64,000 nucleotides of DNA from Clostridia bacterium (GCA_016938675.1 JAFGUF010000045.1:14450-78449); one strand, 5' to 3'; numbered from the stretch's first letter, positions 26,536-36,311 are shown. The notes: a model not told the origin generated them from the letters alone. Made by a program: numbers and translations.

Positions 26536-29500
26536 GAAGCACTCCCTCCCTGCTTATTCTTAACAAAGCCCTTCCTCTTCTGCTCGCCCCATACATGCTC
26601 CTTGGAGAACATATTGAAGAATCCAGCAACCCGCCAGAAACTGAAAAGCTGGCGCGTGCCGAAGTTTTCAACAACTGCAATCCCCAGCAGCCTTATTATA
26701 TCCTTGTAGGAATAGTACCTGTTCTCAGTTTCGGCAATAATCAGTGATATTATTGACACTAGGACGCCAAGCATTACGCTTGCTACAAAAAGGAATAGTG
26801 CAATCTCTATACTCAATATCCCTAAAATAAAAGCTGCCAGCACCATTAAGTACCCCTGAGCTTCAATCAGCGGCCCGATCATTTCAAAAAGGAAAAAGTA
26901 AGGCATTCCGATCAGCCCCATCCTCTTATATTTCGCATTGAATATGGTCTTGGCATGGAAATGAAGAGTCTCCGAAAGCCCTCTGTACCAGCGCAGCCTC
27001 TGCTTCTTCAGCTGCTTGATTTTTTCAGGCACTTCAGTCCAGCAATTGGCATTATAGCAGTAATTAATTTTAAACTTCTTTTTTTGTTCATGCATCATAC
27101 GGGAAATTCTGACTACCAGCTCCATGTCCTCGCCAACGGTGTCTTTATTGTATATGCTGCTTTTTGTCAGGTATCCGCCTACGTTTACTACACGCTCCTT
27201 TCTAAATACGCCGAATGCTCCGGATATTATAAGAAGGCTGTCTAGGTATGCCCAGCCCAGCCTACCGGACATAAAGGCACGTATGTACTCAATTGTCTGA
27301 AAGCGAGCGATGAAGTTTTCCGGAATCCGCTTTTCCACTATATGTCCTTTTGACACTTTGCAGCCATTTACAGGGAACACATTTCCGCCTAAGGCAGGCG
27401 TTTCCACATCTTCATCCAAAGTCTGCGATGCCAGCTTGAGCAGCGAATCATTTTCCAGCAGCGAGTCAGAGTCTATGCAGCAGAAATATTCTTTGTTCGA
27501 TATCATTATTCCTGCATTCAATGAATCCGCCTTGCCTGCATTTTCTTTGTCTACTACCAAAAGCTTTGGATATGCAGGATTTCTGTATATCCCCCTTACA
27601 GGTGCGGTTTTCAGCTCGGATTCATAAGCATAATCAAACCTCTCCAGGCTGAAATATTCAATAAGAATACCAAGGGTATTATCCGCTGAGCCATCGTTTA
27701 CTATTATTAGGTTATAGTCCGGATATTTCAGATTAAGCAGCGAATGCACGCTTTCAACAATAATGCTCTCTTCATTGTACGCAGGCGCAATTATGGATAT
27801 TCCCGGCAGCATCTTGCTTTTAAAAAGCATTTTGTCATTCTTCAACTTCCATACTTTTGCCTGCTTTGATACATTTATACGTGAAAACGCTATTAGTATC
27901 AGATAGATTACATTAATTGCTACTGAATAAAATGCCAGAAAATAATTATAGTCTACTACGTAGGTCTTCAAATGCTTAACCCATGACCACATGCCTATCG
28001 CATCAAAGTGGCTTGCAATATATATGGCAGGGGAAATTGCCAGAAGAAGAATCAATTCCACCGCAAGTGTAGTAATAAGGCCGGTTCTGCTTGAAAACCT
28101 TTTCGTTGCAGACTCCTGATCTGCTATATGTAGCCCAACTTCCTTGAGCAGCGTTTCATGTAGATATGTGCTGAATTCTTCCTTTAGCTCCTCTTTCTGG
28201 GTCAATACTTTCTTTAGAATTGCTATTAAGGCACTTTCAATTACCTTATCTTTATTATTGTTTAAAAATCCGATAAACTCACTGGTTTTGCCTAAAAGCA
28301 GTATTTCCTCGATTATTCTTTCTGCCTGCTCTCTTTCTTCTGTCATCAGCTTCATAATGAAGTACTCAATCTTTACCGAAAGGGACTCTGCTATATATAT
28401 AGTAACGTCTTTGTTTTTTTCCGATGTCAGCATATTAGAAACTTCATCTAAAAACTCTGGCTTTTCCTCAATTATTTCAGATATTGCCAACTGGGCACTT
28501 CTTGCAATTTCATTGTCATAGAGCATTTCCTTCAGCTTGTTAATGCTTGAGATGCTTGCTATCTTTGCCATAGAGGCAATTGACCGTTTCCTAATTGAAA
28601 TGTTGCTGCTTGTTAGGTACTTATCAACGGCAAACTCCTTAAAATAGTATTGGGACGCTGCATCTGCCGCCTTTTCGACAACGGAGTCGAATATCCAGAG
28701 AATGCTTTTACTGTCAAGCTTGCTCTTCCTTTTTGCGCAGCCTTTCTCTCTGTCAATTTCTTTGCCATATCGGCACTTTTCGTTGCCAGCAATTTCTGCG
28801 CTGCTTTTATATATACACCTATCGCAGTCTTTTATTTTACTCCCGATTTCGGCTTCATCAATCAGTCTCTTTCTATTTGATTCATAGTTGTCTAGCAACT
28901 GAAAAACATATTTTTTCAGCTTTTCAGACGGATAAATAGACGCCATATCAATTATCAAATCCAGAATCTCTATTTCGTCTCTGTGCATAATAGTGTAAAT
29001 ATATTCATAGGCTTCCGATCCGAAATCCGCAATAAGCATATTTACTTTTTCTCTGTACCATCTGTTTTCTCCTAAAAGTGATGATACAAGCACGGGAATG
29101 GAGCTGCTGTTGCCTATGTCTGACAGTGCGTTGGCAAAATAGAGCTTAACTTGTATTTTCTTTTCCTTTTTAAGAGCATCGGTAATCGCTGAAACCGCTT
29201 CTTCGGTAGCCAGCAGGCTAAGATTGATTGCTGCCCGTATTCTCCGCAGCTTTATGGGCGATTTCAATCTTCTGAAACTTTTTTTGATAATTTTGCTTTT
29301 TTCAAGCCTGGCAGGCAGTTCTTCTTCCATTTCACTTTCCAGCTTCACCAGGTTCTTTGCATCTGCCAATATACCAAAATATGAATTGATATTTTTTATG
29401 TCGCCCTTGTTTACCCATTTTGCTATCAGCCTGGCTTTTAGCTTTGCATCTATGGAATCTTTGTCCTCTCGCTTTAGCTTGAATATGATCAGCCTTATAG

Positions 29501-29567
29501 ACAGAACAGCATCAAGAAAAAGCAGAATAATCATTGCAACGAAAACTAACTCAATATCCGGCTTCAT
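26532..29567 (-). CDS. Processive family-2 glycosyltransferase (PgaC/IcaA/BcsA-like polysaccharide synthase) with ~495-aa N-terminal HEAT-repeat extension
   Basis: GT2 core motifs are IIAPAYNEE, IVNDGSADNT, GKADSLNAG, IDSDS, GEDMEL and QRLRW (the QxxRW motif). There are about 6 TM helices. Residues 30-495 are helical HEAT/PBS-lyase-like repeats, for example RRIRAAINLSLLATEEAVSAITDAL and NALSDIGNSSSIPVLVSSL. Confidence 0.8.
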   Translation of the reverse strand: MKPDIELVFVAMIILLFLDAVLSIRLIIFKLKREDKDSIDAKLKARLIAKWVNKGDIKNINSYFGILADAKNLVKLESEMEEELPARLEKSKIIKKSFRRLKSPIKLRRIRAAINLSLLATEEAVSAITDALKKEKKIQVKLYFANALSDIGNSSSIPVLVSSLLGENRWYREKVNMLIADFGSEAYEYIYTIMHRDEIEILDLIIDMASIYPSEKLKKYVFQLLDNYESNRKRLIDEAEIGSKIKDCDRCIYKSSAEIAGNEKCRYGKEIDREKGCAKRKSKLDSKSILWIFDSVVEKAADAASQYYFKEFAVDKYLTSSNISIRKRSIASMAKIASISSINKLKEMLYDNEIARSAQLAISEIIEEKPEFLDEVSNMLTSEKNKDVTIYIAESLSVKIEYFIMKLMTEEREQAERIIEEILLLGKTSEFIGFLNNNKDKVIESALIAILKKVLTQKEELKEEFSTYLHETLLKEVGLHIADQESATKRFSSRTGLITTLAVELILLLAISPAIYIASHFDAIGMWSWVKHLKTYVVDYNYFLAFYSVAINVIYLILIAFSRINVSKQAKVWKLKNDKMLFKSKMLPGISIIAPAYNEESIIVESVHSLLNLKYPDYNLIIVNDGSADNTLGILIEYFSLERFDYAYESELKTAPVRGIYRNPAYPKLLVVDKENAGKADSLNAGIMISNKEYFCCIDSDSLLENDSLLKLASQTLDEDVETPALGGNVFPVNGCKVSKGHIVEKRIPENFIARFQTIEYIRAFMSGRLGWAYLDSLLIISGAFGVFRKERVVNVGGYLTKSSIYNKDTVGEDMELVVRISRMMHEQKKKFKINYCYNANCWTEVPEKIKQLKKQRLRWYRGLSETLHFHAKTIFNAKYKRMGLIGMPYFFLFEMIGPLIEAQGYLMVLAAFILGILSIEIALFLFVASVMLGVLVSIISLIIAETENRYYSYKDIIRLLGIAVVENFGTRQLFSFWRVAGFFNMFSKEHVWGEQKRKGFVKNKQGGSAS

Positions 29568-31586
29568 TTATGCTTTCTCCTTCAATTTCGAGTCGACAAT
29601 GCCCAATATCTCCACGATCATATATGGTTTTTTTAAGTAATGAGTTATTCCAAGCCCAAAAGCCCTCTTCAATGAATTTTCATTTTTAAGATTTGATATA
29701 ACAATAAAGGGAATGTTTTTCGTATATGAGTTGTGCAAAAGGTTCTCCCTAAGCAGGAATCCGTCCATTTTAGGAAGCATGATTTCTGAAATTATAAGCT
29801 CCGGCAATTCCTTATAGGCCAATTCTGCAGCCTCTTCTCCGTCAGCAGCGGTAAGCACGTTGTACTCTCTGTTTTCAAGATATGCTTTTAGTACATTTCT
29901 GTTCGTCTCATCGCTGTCTGCAATCAGCACCTTACCATTGTCATACTCTATTCCTAAAATATCAGTATCGCTGACTACTATATCACCGCCTCTGTTTTTT
30001 GCCATCCTTAGCCGCAGAAGTGCAGCCTCATACATGCGCACGGCCTTTGACTTGCTTTCAGTTTCCATACCTTCTATTTCTGCATAGTCAGCAACGCCTT
30101 CGGATATTGTCATTTCATCTATAAATTTCTTCGAATTTCTAACTTCGTTTCTTATATTTTCTGCTATTTCTACTGCGCCCTCTTTTGATATGTCGCTGCA
30201 CAAATAGGCGAAAATCCCGCTGTCCAGCCTGAAGAGCATATGCCCGCTTTTTCTTTCATGCTTTAGTATATAGCTCATTGACTTCAATGCATTGTCATAT
30301 TCTTCTTGTCCGAAGGCAGTTTTTATCCTTGTCAAGTCATCAAAATCAATAAGAATTATTGATGCCGGACTCTCGCTTTCCTCTCTTTCAGAATCAATAA
30401 CCATTTTGAGATATTCCATAAAAAATACCTGGCTGTAAAGTCCGGTTATCGCGCATCTTGAGGTTTTTACACCTTTGCTGAGTATACTTTGATCCGCATT
30501 GCTGCTCTGCATTTTAAGTGCCTCAACCTCGTGTCTAAGAACTATTGCTTCTTCCTGAGATTTAATAAACTCAGAAACCATAATTTCCGGGAATGGCATA
30601 TCGTATTCCTTACATATCTTTTCTACTAGGGACTCAATTATAATAAGCCACTTTATACCTTTGTTATTGAAAATCGCTTCAAACAGGTTTTCCCATAGCT
30701 GAAGGCCTGTGCCGCCGTATGAAAGAATTTCAAAAGGTCTGTCACCTGTTTCAATATTCATTCCGCTTAGGGCTTCCAGTATCTCAGCATCGCTAAAGAT
30801 ATCAGTATATTTTTTTATTATCAGCGAGCAGATGCTGCCATATCCGCCATAGTCTTTTACACTCTTCTTTACAGAGTTCAGGAAAATGCCGCATTCTAAA
30901 TTTCTCAATATCGTAATATAGTCTTTTACATTTTTATTTATTACTAATCCGTGCTGCGGCGCAATAGTTTCAATACCCATCAGCAGGAACGTTTCCATTA
31001 CCGGCCTCATTATCTGGGTAGAAGGCATGTAGTTCTCATGAAAGGCTCTCATTCCCGTGATATAGCTTTCGTCTGCAAAAATGCCCTCGGAGCTTTCCAT
31101 TGAACCAAATAAATCACCGGAAAAAAGTGTCTTCGATTTAATATCATATGATGCAATTGCACCGGGGAAATGTAAATAAGGCGTAGGTATAAACTGTATT
31201 TCTCTTCCTGATTTAAGCTTGAGTTTGTAGTCATTCTCGTCCACCATATAAAATTCTGATTTAACGCCATAATATTTTATAAGTATTTTCGTTCTCCAGT
31301 GAGTGACTATTTTGAAATCTGTGTTTTCTTTTTCGAGCATAGGAAGGCAAGAGCATAAATCAGGGTCTTGGTGGGACAAGACCACATATTTAATTTTTCT
31401 GAGCGGGACAATTTCTTTTACATTGCTGATCACCTTTTCAAAGTCCAGTACAGAGCCTGGATCAAAAAGTACGGCTTCATTACCATCTATGAGCAAATAT
31501 GGATTGCAGCGCATGTCACCCGAAGCCTGTTGGTCCCCAACCCAATAGATTTCGCCTGCAATCTCTCTTTCTGTATCTCTTTTCAT
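29568..31586 (-). CDS. Sensor protein: FprA/ODP-like metallo-beta-lactamase-fold di-iron domain + degenerate GGDEF domain + pseudo-receiver (REC) domain
   Basis: Candidate MBL/di-iron ligands are H72-x-D74-x-D76 (SHQDPD), H139 (YLHFPG), D158 (SGDLFG) and H212 (APQHG). The GGDEF fold starts at AITGLYSQVFF, but the active site reads DSGIF (455-459) and the I-site position reads RKSG. The REC domain starts at KVLIADSDE and has E601 (LIISEIMLPKMDG) where the phospho-Asp should be. Confidence 0.75.
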   Translation of the reverse strand: MKRDTEREIAGEIYWVGDQQASGDMRCNPYLLIDGNEAVLFDPGSVLDFEKVISNVKEIVPLRKIKYVVLSHQDPDLCSCLPMLEKENTDFKIVTHWRTKILIKYYGVKSEFYMVDENDYKLKLKSGREIQFIPTPYLHFPGAIASYDIKSKTLFSGDLFGSMESSEGIFADESYITGMRAFHENYMPSTQIMRPVMETFLLMGIETIAPQHGLVINKNVKDYITILRNLECGIFLNSVKKSVKDYGGYGSICSLIIKKYTDIFSDAEILEALSGMNIETGDRPFEILSYGGTGLQLWENLFEAIFNNKGIKWLIIIESLVEKICKEYDMPFPEIMVSEFIKSQEEAIVLRHEVEALKMQSSNADQSILSKGVKTSRCAITGLYSQVFFMEYLKMVIDSEREESESPASIILIDFDDLTRIKTAFGQEEYDNALKSMSYILKHERKSGHMLFRLDSGIFAYLCSDISKEGAVEIAENIRNEVRNSKKFIDEMTISEGVADYAEIEGMETESKSKAVRMYEAALLRLRMAKNRGGDIVVSDTDILGIEYDNGKVLIADSDETNRNVLKAYLENREYNVLTAADGEEAAELAYKELPELIISEIMLPKMDGFLLRENLLHNSYTKNIPFIVISNLKNENSLKRAFGLGITHYLKKPYMIVEILGIVDSKLKEKA

Positions 31587-31689
31587 TCTTAACCTCCATC
31601 TTCCGGCTATACTTCATTATATCTGAGTGCACTTTAATTATTTCTCTCTATCATGCCACATCTATCTTTAGCTTTATTTCCAGTTCTGG

Positions 31690-32670
31690 TTAATCAAGAA
31701 GCATCTCCTTAAGCGGCTCAAGATAATGATATGCAAATTTAAGCTTCTCATACTGCGCTTTTACAAATACGCTTTCGAAACTTTTCTGTGCCTCATCAGT
31801 GCCAAGATTATTGTATGTCTGCTCCTCTGTCAGGTTATATTGCCCTACTGCCTGAAACTCAAATATGCAGGTTACATATTTATCGTATTCTCTTGCATAT
31901 TCAATCTCATTTTCCATATCTCCATATTCGTTATTTCTGTTATAGTTCATTACTGATATCTCATCGCAGTATTTAATCAGCTCTAAAAGAGTGCTATTGT
32001 AATCCGCATCATACCATGATGGAATGCATATGATAACTCTCAAATTTTGTTCTTTGGCCGCTTCATATGCTATCTTCATTCCAGCAATATAATTCTCCAT
32101 CAGCACTTCCTGCTTGCCTCTTGACCACTTTTCAGAATCATATGGCTCAATATCAAATACAATGCCGGTAATTGCCCCTTCTCCCCATCGTTCCCTAAAT
32201 GATACTGCACGGTTGATCTCATTCAGCATCTTTGCTCCATCCGGCTTATATGTCCATGTGCTGCTTCCCGCGAGAATATATAAATCCACATTCATTTCAT
32301 CTAATTCTCCGGCAAATTCAGCCGCGCTTGTGTCGTCATAGGAAATGACTTCAAAGTACTGGTATACTTCATCTATACCAAGAATATTAATTATCTCATA
32401 TAGGTCTTCCTTGTTCCCCTGTTTTATGGTAGCAGGGCCCCATGAAAAAAGCCCTTTATCATATTTAACTTCCAGCAAAACCTCTTCCTGTTCTTCCTCA
32501 TCGTTTTCTATAGATGGTGTGCGGATGGTGTAATCTTTCTGCAAATATCCTTCTGCATCAACATTGCTAATCATTTTATTTTTCAGCACAAGCATAAACC
32601 CCAGAAACAAAATAACCAAACTGAAAAGAACAAGCACAACAACTTTTGTGCGTTTTTTTTCTTTTTCCAT
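31690..32670 (-). CDS. Membrane-anchored putative glycoside hydrolase (GH18-like DxE context, tentative)
   Basis: The start MEKEKKRTKVVVLVLFSLVILFLGFMLVL at 32670 gives an N-terminal signal anchor. ITGIVFDIEPY resembles the GH18-type D-x-E catalytic strand. The tracked ORF extends 29 codons further upstream. Confidence 0.45.
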   Translation of the reverse strand: MEKEKKRTKVVVLVLFSLVILFLGFMLVLKNKMISNVDAEGYLQKDYTIRTPSIENDEEEQEEVLLEVKYDKGLFSWGPATIKQGNKEDLYEIINILGIDEVYQYFEVISYDDTSAAEFAGELDEMNVDLYILAGSSTWTYKPDGAKMLNEINRAVSFRERWGEGAITGIVFDIEPYDSEKWSRGKQEVLMENYIAGMKIAYEAAKEQNLRVIICIPSWYDADYNSTLLELIKYCDEISVMNYNRNNEYGDMENEIEYAREYDKYVTCIFEFQAVGQYNLTEEQTYNNLGTDEAQKSFESVFVKAQYEKLKFAYHYLEPLKEMLLD

Positions 32671-32820
32671 ATTTCCCACCAGTAAAAAAGTAATTATTAT
32701 TATATTATACACCAATTTAATATAATCTAATAAATTCTTTTGCCGTATTTCCCCCATTTACGCCAAAATATCAATTTTTATGCCTTTATATGCCTGCAGT
32801 TCCAATCTTTCATTTATAAT

Positions 32821-32843
32821 AAAAAAACGGCTCATTTGAGCCG
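32821..32843 (-). terminator. Terminator after adenine deaminase
   Basis: Minus strand reads cggctc-aaat-gagccg followed by ttttttt. It lies 15 nt after the stop. Confidence 0.7.
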
Positions 32844-32857
32844 CCGCAAATCATTTG

Positions 32858-34609
32858 CTATTTCTTAATTATCGGAATAAATTTTTTATTGCTTACATCC
32901 ACCAGTCCATAATCCGTGAGACGGACTTCAGGAATAACCGGCAAGGCCAATGTAGCCAGCTGCAAAAGCATGCACGAGCTTTCTATACCCAGTTCCCTCA
33001 TTTTCCGTTTCAAGAGCGCAGTCTTTGGCGCCAGTTTTTCGATGGGTTCACCCGATAGCAGCCCGGCTATTGGGAGCTCAACTATTGCCTCAACTTTTCC
33101 ATCCAATACGCATACTATTCCCCCGCCTGTACTAATAAGGGTTTCGGCCGCCTTTGCCATGTCTTCTTCATTTTTCCCAATTACTATAAGGTTGTGGCAG
33201 TCGTGCGCTACGGTGGAGGCAATGGCTCCTCTCTTAAGGCCTAGGTTTTTAACAATACACGTCTGCCTGTTGCCGTTTTTCCCATGCCTTTCGAAAACCG
33301 TGAGTACGGATAAATCCTCTCTGTCAGAAATATCTAAATATCCTTTGCACGCGTCAACCTCCGTCTCTTCAAGCTTTGTTATTATAGGCACATCCTTGTC
33401 ATATGCCATCACATTCAATTTTGCCTTCTTACCAGCAAATTTAATTCTGAAATCTTCTTTTTCCGGCATAGATTTGAGACGAACAGTGTTTATTTTTTCT
33501 ATTGGATATTCTTTCGCATTTGTCTTTGCTATCATTTTTCCATCTTTTGCAATATGCTCGCCATTTATGAACACATCGATGACTTCAATGTTTTCAAGGC
33601 TGTCTAGGACTACAATGTTCGCTCTCTTCCCGGGCGTTAACGACCCGATGTCATCAATCCCTAATAGCCGAGCAGAATTATATGTAGCCATTTTTATCGC
33701 TTCAACTGCTGGTATTCCCGACTCTATTGCCACCCTTATTACATGATCCAGGTGTCCTTCACTAAGAAGGTCGTCAGGCTCTCTGTCATCGGTGCACAAA
33801 GTAGCATTTTCAGGATAATTGAATTCTTTTATTACATCAGCAAGCACATTAATATCATGCATAATGGAGCTTTCCCTGCACTCTAATGTCATTCCTGCTC
33901 TCAGCTTGTATCTAGCTTCATCCGCAAAGCTTGTTTCGTGGCAGGATTTTATTCCCGTTGAAAGATAAGCTGAAAGCTCTCTTCCCGTAAGCATAGGCGC
34001 ATGACCCTGAATAAAAACCTTCCTGCGCCTTGCCTCATCCAGTATCTCAGACATTCTTTGTGACTGGTTTATCACGCCCTCAAAATCCATCACTTCACCC
34101 AGGCCTATCACCCTGTCTATACTAAGAATTCTGCCTATCTCATCTCTCGAAAACTCAGCCCCCGACGTCTCCATATTCTCAACTGATGGCACGCATGACG
34201 GCGCAAGAACATATGTCATCATAGGTGTATCCTTGGATGATTCAATAATGTACTCTACCCCTTCAATGCCCATTACGTTTGCAATCTCGTGGGGGTCGCA
34301 GGCAATTGTAGTTGTGCCATGCGGAATTAATGCCTCGGCTACATTGTGCAGCGTCATCATTGTGCTCTCTGTGTGAATATGAGTATCTATCAGTCCCGGA
34401 ATAACATACCTGCTGTGAGCGTCAAAAATTCTCTTTGCTTCAAGAGGCGGCTCACCCGGCTGGTTAACATGCCCTATTTTTCCGTCGATTATTCCTATTT
34501 CAGATTCGTAGACCTCACGGGTAATTACATTAACAAAATTAGCGTTCTTTATTACCAGATCAAAGGGAATCTCCCCGTTTATCGCTTCAATAACTCTGCT
34601 TCTTTGCAT
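32858..34609 (-). CDS. ade: Adenine deaminase
   Basis: It has the IPGLIDTHIHTESTMM metal-binding motif and the family-typical length (583 aa). The ATG at 34609 is preceded by the RBS aggagag. The tracked ORF has 36 extra codons with no RBS. Confidence 0.85.
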   Translation of the reverse strand: MQRSRVIEAINGEIPFDLVIKNANFVNVITREVYESEIGIIDGKIGHVNQPGEPPLEAKRIFDAHSRYVIPGLIDTHIHTESTMMTLHNVAEALIPHGTTTIACDPHEIANVMGIEGVEYIIESSKDTPMMTYVLAPSCVPSVENMETSGAEFSRDEIGRILSIDRVIGLGEVMDFEGVINQSQRMSEILDEARRRKVFIQGHAPMLTGRELSAYLSTGIKSCHETSFADEARYKLRAGMTLECRESSIMHDINVLADVIKEFNYPENATLCTDDREPDDLLSEGHLDHVIRVAIESGIPAVEAIKMATYNSARLLGIDDIGSLTPGKRANIVVLDSLENIEVIDVFINGEHIAKDGKMIAKTNAKEYPIEKINTVRLKSMPEKEDFRIKFAGKKAKLNVMAYDKDVPIITKLEETEVDACKGYLDISDREDLSVLTVFERHGKNGNRQTCIVKNLGLKRGAIASTVAHDCHNLIVIGKNEEDMAKAAETLISTGGGIVCVLDGKVEAIVELPIAGLLSGEPIEKLAPKTALLKRKMRELGIESSCMLLQLATLALPVIPEVRLTDYGLVDVSNKKFIPIIKK

Positions 34610-34793
34610 ATATACTCTCCTGATAAGTTCAGTTTCAATTGTTTTACCAATAAGCGGCATCGCCTTCTCATGCTGCTTATTTAAAAATCTATCACTTACT
34701 ATATCCTTTGTCAACATAATGCAGTATTCATATCATTAAACTGAATAATTTAAATGGAACATATAATCATTTCTATACAATTCTTAAATAATG

Positions 34794-34831
34794 AATAAAA
34801 CAGGCCGGCCTATAATATTAAGCCAGCCTGT
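34794..34831 (-). terminator. Terminator after the uronate-type utilisation operon
   Basis: Minus strand acaggctggc / gccggcctgt forms a 10-bp stem with one mismatch and a 12-nt loop. It is followed by ttttatt. Confidence 0.55.
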
Positions 34832-34857
34832 ATGTATAAATTCAGCCTATTAAAATG

Positions 34858-36285
34858 CTAAACGAATTCGTCAATAATTTCCTGTTTTTCTTTCTCATCT
34901 TCTTCAGTCAAGGTCTCTTTTGCGAGCAGGTATTTCACCTTCTTTGATACTTCCGGCGTGATTTTAAATTGGCGCGCCAGCAAAAATGCAACGCCCATAA
35001 TCAGAAGCCACGCGAAAATCAATATCAGCCTTAATCCTAATACAGTGCTTTCCGACTGTACGGGAATCGGAACTTCATCAGTGGGCTTAATAAACCCTGT
35101 AATGCTCAAAACCTGTCCGATAATAAATATTGCTATCGCTGAGGCTGCCTTTCTTACGAAGGTCATAACTCCGCTTAATGAGCCGGATATCCTCTCTCCA
35201 AGGCCGAGCTGCGCAATGTCCACTACATCAGGGAATATAATCCAGCTCATTGTCTGCGCGCCCGCAAACCCCATAGCCATCAGCGCAGTAGCCATATAGA
35301 TAAGGTCTACATTTCCATCTGAAGGGAATAATCCGATATAAACAGCGCAGACTATGGAAATCGGGAGCCCGAATCTATAAAGCTTGGTTTTCGATACTTT
35401 ATTTACCATCAAATTAAGAATCGGCAGCATCAATAGCTGTACAACCAGAAATGAAGCCATAAATATAGTTTCATCCATTCCCTTAATTACATACAGAGCA
35501 TAGTATAAAGCTATCGCGGAAAGAATATCGAGATTGGTAGACTGGCACAGGTACAAGCCTAACAGCCTCCTGAAAGACTTAACTTTAAGCGGCTTTACAA
35601 ACTGGGCAAAGCTGAAGTGCGATTTTTCATCTCCATAGCTCACCCTCTCCTTTGTAAAGATGCCAGTCAGCAGCAGAGGAATGGAAAAGAACAATCCAAA
35701 ACCTACAACTATCAGTATATAAAAGGTTGTAAGGCTTATCTGTCCCCTTGAAAGCATTCCGAAAATTTCAACAGGTACTATTGTGCATATCGCAGTAGAA
35801 ATCAGCGAAAATACAAGGCGAAGCAGATTAACCCTGTTTGTCTCTTCATATCGGGTGGATAGCTCCGTGCTCAGCGAGCTATACGGCACTGATATCATTG
35901 TTGATACGGTAGAATATAAAAGGTATGTAACAGTTACGTAGATAACCAGCCCGACCTGTGTGCCGAAAGCCACTGGATACCATAACAGTCCCATAGAAAT
36001 AATCAGGATTATTCCGCCTGCGAAGATATATGGTTTCCTTCTGCCGAACTTACTTCTTGTGTTGTCTGATATTACGCCCATCAGTGGGTCTGATATAGCA
36101 TCCCAAAGCTTTGATATCATTACTACTGTTCCTGCCCATGCCGGGTTAATACCGATTACGTTGGTTAGGAAGATCAAATAAATTATCGCAACTATTGTCT
36201 GTCCTCCGCCGCCGAAAAAGTCTGCCGAGGCAAATATAAGCTTTTCTTTAATGCTTACTTCCCTTTTCATGTTCTCCATAGTCAT
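34858..36285 (-). CDS. GPH-family (MelB/UidB-like) oligosaccharide:cation symporter
   Basis: It carries the signature DAISDPLMGVISDNTRSKFGRRKPY and has a 12-TM profile. Confidence 0.85.
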   Translation of the reverse strand: MTMENMKREVSIKEKLIFASADFFGGGGQTIVAIIYLIFLTNVIGINPAWAGTVVMISKLWDAISDPLMGVISDNTRSKFGRRKPYIFAGGIILIISMGLLWYPVAFGTQVGLVIYVTVTYLLYSTVSTMISVPYSSLSTELSTRYEETNRVNLLRLVFSLISTAICTIVPVEIFGMLSRGQISLTTFYILIVVGFGLFFSIPLLLTGIFTKERVSYGDEKSHFSFAQFVKPLKVKSFRRLLGLYLCQSTNLDILSAIALYYALYVIKGMDETIFMASFLVVQLLMLPILNLMVNKVSKTKLYRFGLPISIVCAVYIGLFPSDGNVDLIYMATALMAMGFAGAQTMSWIIFPDVVDIAQLGLGERISGSLSGVMTFVRKAASAIAIFIIGQVLSITGFIKPTDEVPIPVQSESTVLGLRLILIFAWLLIMGVAFLLARQFKITPEVSKKVKYLLAKETLTEEDEKEKQEIIDEFV

Positions 36286-36311
36286 TCCTCCAAATCCTTC
36301 TTTAGATTATT

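Noticed and set aside
30210-30224. Active diguanylate cyclase or classical I-site c-di-GMP receptor
   Set aside because: The GGDEF position reads DSGIF and the RxxD position reads RKSG, so neither function is supported by sequence.
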